Below are positions 41,201 to 50,200 of a stretch of DNA of 64,000 nucleotides, piece after piece. The DNA comes from a virus, in the IMG/VR virus record IMGVR_UViG_3300025401_000016, positions 1-64,000 of that record; one strand, given 5' to 3'. Position numbers and translations under genes: made by a program. The notes under the pieces were generated by a model. It saw only the letters and a program-made list of their open reading frames with translations. It was not told where the DNA came from and made no database searches. Positions within the stretch are counted from its first letter, which is position 1. Each line of letters opens with the position of its first letter.

Positions 41201-44200
41201 ATATAGTCTAACCAATTACGGAAGACTATTAGATAATACAAATATATTGCCACTCAAGACAACTCAAAATACAAAAGGTCTACCAAGTGCAGGTTATGCT
41301 AACTTGAATGACACAACATACTATAGTTATAACTTAAATCAATTACCAAATAGTACAATTTATAATTTATACGGAGATGATTATATATACCTAGCCGATT
41401 CCAATGGTGATTGGGGTATGTATTGTGCAATACCTATCAAAGATGTAAGAGTAACACATGTCATTAATAATCTCAATGGAACAGTAACAATAACATTTAC
41501 TAAATCACCTTTACTAAATGTTGGTGATATGATTGGTATATTGAATTTTGATACTAGAGTGGATGGTTACTATACAATAGATGTAGTAGTAAACAATACC
41601 ACATACATCATAACATTAACATTAAGCAATAATGTGACACAGGTAACTAGTGGTACTGCATCGTTTGTATTCAATTTAGAATCTGTTAGACTTTCTAGTC
41701 CTATAGGATTGTTAAACCTAAGTTTACCATATGAGTACTCAAATAATTTAGTATGGGTAGATAGTGATAAAAATAACAATTGGGCAGTACTAGAGAAAAG
41801 TTTAAATTATACTAAACAAAATTTCTTAGGTAGCATCAGTGGTAATGAAACATACGGTGATAGTGTTAACTATGTACCGGGAGTAGGTTATGTTGTTGGT
41901 GATAGTACATTAGGTAATGTGTATACCTATGCAAAAACAGACAACGGATACATACTAAGAAATACAATTTCACATACTCCACCTTTTGGTAAAACCATTG
42001 CTAGAAATGATGAGTTTTTATTAGTTTCTAGTCCAGATAGTTCACTAACATACATCTACATATATAGAATTGTTCAATCACCTGAGATTGAAGCATTGGT
42101 TCCAGAACAAATACTTAGCTTTGCATTGGATACACCTGTTGGTAATACAATGACTGTATCCGGTGACGGGCAGTTGTTGTTTTTAAGTATTGATGGATAT
42201 AGAACAAACAGTTTGTCTGATACCTGGGTGATTCCTCCTACTGTATTAGTATATAAACGCAATCCTTCATATACATATCAACACATTAAATCTACACAAG
42301 AAATTACAATCAATGGTACACCAGTGTACGAATTGATGCGTTTATCTGAAGCAACATTACCTGATAAAAAGTATTTCAAAGTAATGGGTGATCAAACTGT
42401 TAATGGTGATATTCATACAGGTGCTAGAGTAACATTCTATCAATATACACAGTTTGGTACATCATCAATATATTCATTTGGTTATATACCACAAGCATAT
42501 ACTAAACCTGCAGTTGTTGTGACAGGTGGTAGTGGCACTAGTGCGTCATTTGATGTAACTCTAAATCAAACACGATATACTGCTGCTATACATGCAGCTG
42601 GTACAGGTTATACAGTTAATGATATATTGACTATACCTTATACTATTTTAGATGGCTTAAGTACAACAAATAATTTAGTAATCAAAGTAGTAACAGTCAG
42701 TAGTACCGGCCAAATAACAAGTGCAAGTATAGTTTCTGGTGTTGCAAACGGATATAATTTAAATACAGATCCTGCTGATTCTCAATCAGTATTATTTAAA
42801 GCAACCGGATTCCCAAATTCAAGTAATAATTACTTACAACAATATAGAAAATATTATTTGAAATTAACAGGTACTATCCCAGTTGGTACAGTAATTAGTT
42901 TTGACCCTACTGCTGATATTGTGGATTATACATTGACTGCAAATAACACATATTATGGTACTTTGTTGACAGGTATAACTGCTACAAATAAAGTAAGCAC
43001 AAGCGGAACAGGTACAGTAAAATTTGATGTAGATGTAAATGGAGCAACATATTTAAATGCAACACCAAGTCTTGGTTACTTAGGAACTGGTTATGCAGTA
43101 AATGATACATTAACTATATTAGGTTCTAGTTTAGGCGGTGTTGATACAACTAATGACTTAGTTTTACAAGTTACTGCAATTGGTACCTCGGGTAGTATAG
43201 CACAAGTTGAAATAGTATCTGGTACAGCAGTATCCTCTGAATATACAACATTATATCTTGATAACAGCAATTTACAAGCAACATTGTTTGCAGAAACATT
43301 CATTGCATTAGATTACGGACCTAGCCATGTATCATCTTACATATTATCTGACACTAGTAATGCAGTATATGTATATAAAAACATGTTGCCAAATTATGTA
43401 ACAATAATCACATCAAAGTATGATATTATAAGTGATGTGACTACATATTTTACAGTAGAATATATTGGTTATAGTGTCACTGGAGTCAATACATATGTAA
43501 GATCGGTTAACAATCAGTTTTCATTGGTTGGTAATTTAAATAACGCAATATCACAAGACCCTGCAACAGGTTTATATTCATTAGGTCAAGTACCTACTAA
43601 TAGCTTTGGAAGCAGTATTGCTAATAGCTATAATGGGGATAAGTTGTTTATTGGATCCCCCACAAGTAATTTCAATGATGCAATTGCAAATGTTGGATAT
43701 GTTTATATATACACACGTTTGAGCGAAACTTGGGAAGTTCAGTATGATGTTGCAAGTACTGATTTTTATACTTTGATATTACCTTGGGTACCAGACCCAA
43801 GCAGTTCAGTATACATTAATGGAGCTATGTTAGAGACAAATCAATATGTAGTATTGAACTTATTGTCACAAGGTTGTTTCTTATTGATAGGACCTCGTGT
43901 ACATGCAGGCGATATCATTACATTAAGTAGCCCAAACTTTGTATTAGATGCAAGAATAGCCAGTTATGATTCATTGGCACAATTACATCAAGGGCAAAAA
44001 TTTGGTTCAAGTTTAGCATGTAATATTTCAGGTAGTGAACTATTAGTTGGTACTCCATATGATGTAACTGTTAAGGGCCAAGAAGGTGCAGTATACCGTT
44101 ATACAAATGAAGGTAAAAAGTTTGGTACAATAACTGCACTGATTGCTGCAAACAATCAATTAGGTGCAACTTATATATTGTTGAATGGCTATCGTGTTAC

Positions 44201-47200
44201 GATCCCAGCAAGCGCTGATGCATATGATGTTGCAAATGCTATCAATGAGTTTGCTGTTCCTAATATTATAGCTTATGTATATGATGCACCCACTGGAGAG
44301 AATTTATTAAGAATTAGATTGCTTAACCAGGACTTAATAAGCGGTGACAATAAATTAAACATAGCAGTATTCAATGGTAATTTCTTGTATGAATTAGGAA
44401 TTAGTTCATATATAAAAACACAAACTATTCGTGAACCGCATCCACAGAATAGCAGTCGTTTTGGATTAAAACTTGCATTCAATGAAGCAAGTAGTTTTGT
44501 TGTAACTGCCCCAAGAGCAACTAGATACCTAAATACAGTATTTGATCTGATTGATGCAAATAATTCACATAACAATACTGTATTTGATAATAACTTAACA
44601 ATATTTGAAGATAGTTTCTCTAACGCAGGTGCAGCATATGTATACGATTATGTTACACCTTATAAAGAAACGTTATTGAATACTGGACAGTTTATATTTG
44701 GACAAGCAGTTAACGATACTATTATTGATTATGGTCCTACACCAGAATATGGATTAAGTGTTGCGTTTAGTAATAATATTATTATGGTTGGTAGCCCTAA
44801 CTTTAAGTCCAACACACAAATACAAACATTGACATTTATGGGTGATGGCACAACAAAACGTTTTGGTCCATTAGCTGATGGTATTACTATATTCCAGTTG
44901 TTAGTAAAAGTAGATGGACTACCACTAAAAGCAATTACAGATACAATGTATTATAATGGTGACGGAGTAAGAACAATATTCCCTATACCTGGTCAACTAC
45001 AACCTAGTGATTTGTTAGTAACAGTTAATAATGCACAAAAAGTACCTTATACTGATTACATTACATCAGGTAATAATCTAACTTTCACAACTGTACCGGG
45101 TTCAGGAAGTGTAGTAGCTATTACTGGTTTAAGTTCAAATACATTTAGATTAGATAGTAATATGAGTGGTGGATTGCATATATTATTCTATAGTGCACCG
45201 TCTAATAATAGTGTTATAACTGTTGTAGAAAATTTGACATCTAGTGTAAATGGTTATGCAGCTGAAAATGGTAGTGTGATAATATATGAAAATACTAAAG
45301 GTATTACAAATTGGCACACATATCGTAGTCCATGTGAAATTGTAGATGTAGCAAAGATCAACAAAGTTCAATTGTATAATAATATAGACAATACTAATTT
45401 AGATTCACTAGATTATTTTGACCCATTGAATGGTAAACTATTAGGTGCAGTAAAAGAAAATATTGATTATATTTCAAGCAACGATCCTGCAGGATATAAT
45501 TCAGATGTTTCACATGCATCGGGTAAAAATACATGGGGACAAGATCATGTAGGTAAATTATGGTATGATACATCAACCTCAAAATACCTAGACTATCACC
45601 AAGATGATTTATCATATAACAGTAGTTATTGGGGTTATTTATTCCCAGGTAGTATTGTTAGTGTATATACTTGGATAAGTAGTTCAGTTGATCCATCAAT
45701 GTATAAAGGTCCTGGTACAGTATATAATACCAACTTATATGCAGTATCATATAGTACAACAAGTGCATCACAACTAAATGCAACATACTATTTCTGGGTA
45801 AGAAATACAAATACATTATACGGTGATAAAACTCTTACTGATACAGTATTAGAAAACTACATTAGTGATCCACAAAATAGTGGTATCACATACTTTGCAC
45901 CATTAACAAGCAATACATTTGCATTATATAATAGCCGTGATAATATCAATGGATTGAATACAAATATACATATTGGATATAGTTCTGGTAATGGGCAAAG
46001 TGTATCACATGCAGAATATGAACTAATTCGTGCGAATTTTGCTGATGATTTCTTACCGGGCTTTATTGATAATAACTTAGGTATAACCAGCCCAACTGGA
46101 CTATACTCTGTATTATTAGATAGTTTTGCAGGTGCTGATGAGGCTGGAGAAATCGTTCCTAACTTTAGACTACCTGCATATTTGCAAGTAGGTATCAATG
46201 TAAGACCTAGACAAAGTATGTTTATCAATCGCTTTAATGCATTGAAAAACTATTTGACATACGCTAATAATATAATCATACAATATCCTATCAATGATTA
46301 TAGTGCCCCTTCATTCTTATATACAACTGGTGAATACTATAATACAAGTAACTACTGGTATAATGTATACTGGTGGCAAACAGGTTATGATAATAATACA
46401 AAGACAGCAGTAGAAGTCAGTACATATAGTGATTTATTGAAACTAACACCTACATCTGGTTTGATTGTTGGTGTAAGACAAAACAATAAAGGTAAACGTG
46501 AAATTTACATATACAACAATAATATTTGGTCACGTATTGGTTTACAAGATGGCACTATACAATTTAGTAGTGCGTTGTGGGATTACACAAATAATTTAAT
46601 TGGATTTGGTAACAGTTTCTTTGACACTACTCCCTTTGGATATTTCCCTAGTATTGAAACACGCTACATCATACGTGCATTGAATGAACAAATTTATGTT
46701 AATGAGTTGTTAGAACATCGTAACAAGAGTTTGATATTGATATTTGAATATATTCAAAGTGAAAATATTGCAGGACATAATTATTTGCCGTGGCTTAATA
46801 AATCAAGTTTTGTTGATATTGATTATGTAGTACGTTCATTGATACAGACACCTAACTATCGCCCAGATAATGATATATTGATAAGTGGATATGTTGATGA
46901 AATAAAACCTTATCATAGTGTAGTTAGAAATATTGAATACAAATATACTGTTCAAGATAATACAGAAACATATAGCACAGACTTTGATTTACCTCCCTTG
47001 TATAATAAAACAAGTGGTAAATTTACCAGTCCTAACCTAGTCTATAATGTTAAGCAATTAGGTACAGGTAATTATTTGGCATCTGACCCTATATGGCAAA
47101 ACACCAATTATAGTGATTGGATTAATAATTACGGGCTTAGTTTAGTTGACTCACCTAATTATATTGTATGTCTACTAAAAACATATGCATCTGCAGCTGA

Positions 47201-50200
47201 TAGTATACTTTATGTTAATAATGCTAGAGGATTACCAATCGAAGGTATAATGAAAATTGACAATGAAGTTATTGCATACAATACAATAGATATAGAACAT
47301 GGTACAATTTCAGGACTAACACGTGGCTTAAATCAAACAGTGGTAGTAGAACATTTTGCCGGCGCAAGCGTAATAATGGATTTACCTGCAATCGTAGTTC
47401 TTGATAGCGGAAGAGGTTATATTGACCCACCTACAGTTACCGCAGTTATTGACACAACAATATATCCAGCTCCTATTGTACCTGCAGTATTAAAACCAAT
47501 TATGTCCGGTGATAGAGTTGTAGGAGTTACTGTAGTAAATCCTGGAAAGAACTATCCAACTGTTCCTGAAATTGTTATAAGTAGCAGTTATAATGTTTCC
47601 TTTACTAGCGACCAAATTAATTATGCTGCCAGTACAATTGTATTACCCACAACATATTTGGTTACAGGTGATCTAATAAGAAGTACAAGTGACAGTTCAA
47701 CACAAACAACAGTCGCTGATGGATATTATTACATATATGTACTTGCTCAATTAGTAGGTGGAGAGTTAGTAGAAATTACATTACATAAATCATTTTCAGA
47801 TAGTTTAGCAGGTAACGGAAAGGTTCAACTTGTTCCACCTACTAATCTAGTGACATATACATTTGGATTAACTGCTCAAGCAGTACCTCAAGTAAGTAAT
47901 ACTGTTGTGCGTGGTTTAAGTCCTAAGTTACGCTTTGATAGAACAAGTTACGAACCAAAAATAGTGCCTTGGAAACCTAGCTTATTTTACAGTAGTCCTT
48001 ATGCAGGAGTAGGATCAGATATAAGTCAGACACTTGGTTTAAACTATGGCACAGTTATCAATACAATACCAGACTCTGGTACAGTATCACCTAGTGGTGG
48101 CACAGGCGCCACATTTACAATTTATAACATGTTACTTGGTGGAACATACGATGCAGTTATTGTTCATTCTGGTACCGGGTATCATGTAAATGATGTTATA
48201 ACTATTGCCGGTAACTTATTGAATGGTGCAACCACTGCCAATGATTGCAGAATAACTGTAACAGCGGTAAAGAACATTTATAATAATGGTCAGGGTATGA
48301 ATCAAGATAGTACTAGTGGTTCTGGTACTGGTGCATTGTTTATTATAACCAGTAATGGATCTACTTATACTGTTACTAGTGGTTATCATTATGGTACTGG
48401 ATATGTTGCAAATGATACAATTACATTTGTAGGTACACGATTTGGTGGTGCAACACCTGCTAACGACTTAGTAATTACTGTAACATCGGCAAATGCTTCG
48501 GGTGCTATCGCACAAGGTGGATTTACATATGCAGGTACACCTGTTAATACTGGTTCAATCACATCAGTCTCAGTTGCAGGTATTCCTATTACTGCAAATA
48601 TAGGAGCTAGTGCTACAGGTGTATTGTTACCGATTACTAATTCTACAACTGATGGTAATGGTGATATTGTAGTTAGTTTTAATTATGCAGTTAGTGGAAT
48701 GACTCCGGCACAAATTCAAGGTTCACCTATATATTTCTACAATAGCAATGAATACTATACATATGATGACACTCTTAATAGTGGTGCTAAATTAGAAATT
48801 TATAGACCTAGATTTGATCCATACAATCTTAGAGAAGAATATACAGTAAAAGTTATAAGTTCTGGCAATATTTACAATGACAATAGTGTGATTGTAATAG
48901 CAGGTACAAATTTAGGAGGAACAAGTCCTGCTAATGATGCTACAATATTCATAACAACAGGAGAGGCTACAGGTAATCATCCTATTAGCACTGTACGTGT
49001 TACAGGTGTAAGTTATGATGCATTTGACATATATTATGCTAAACCTGTAAACAACACAGATGTACAGGTATATGTTGATAGTACGATGAAGATACCATTG
49101 AAAGCATCACACTATACATATACCAATTATGTTAGTTTAAGTACCGGTACTAATCCAGTATCATATGCATACATACCAGAGCCAATCTATGCAGGTGAAA
49201 GCTATATCTATGATGAAAGCAGTTATGTCATATACAATGACATTGCATATCGTTGTATACAAAGCAACAATGATAGTACATTCATTGCTTCAAAATGGGT
49301 AAAAGTAAATCAAGATGATGTTAATCTTAATGCATTAGATAGAATTGCAACATACTATAGTCCTACTAGTAACATGTTACCTAAAGATATCAAACAATTG
49401 ATAGCAGGTGTTTCTTATCCTGATAATGTTTACTATGGTAATAGTTTTAGTCCAGAAGACAGTTATCCAATTGATGTAGTGGTTGCTGGACAAGAGTTCT
49501 ACCCAACAAATGTAAATATCATTTCACTAATATATGACGGAACACATTATATTGGCTTATCTGAAAACTCACAACATAGTAGTGTGTTGTCTAGTACAGA
49601 TGGAATTCATTATAACAACAACACAGTTAGTACACAACCATTATCGGTTACAAGTATAACATATTATGATCCATATCAACAATACTTGGTAACAACAGGT
49701 GTTGCAGAAAATCCAATCATGTTGAGTTACGATTTGGAGAATTGGGTCACAGTTGGTGCTACTGTTAATAAATTTGGTGTATCACATTTTGATGAAACAC
49801 CATTTGATGTAAATCAAATATCATGTCCACCTGGTGTGTTGAATAGCATAACAGTCGCACAAGGTTATTATTATGCAGCCGGAGAAACAATATTAAGTAG
49901 TCCCGATGGAACAACATGGACAACAGTTTCACCATCTGATAATTCAACTAGAATGTTGTATTGCATCAAGAATATTGTAACATCACATTTTGATGGTTTT
50001 GTAGCAGTTGGCGGAGAAACAATAGTAACATCTGATGCAGGAACAAGTGCACCAGCAACCACAAATGCAAGCACTATCATTTATAGTACAGATGGTGTCA
50101 CATGGACAGTATTGACTCCATATATAACAACCAATACATTATATACAATATGTTCTTCACCAACTACAATAGTAGTTGCAGGTGATAATGGATGTGTATA

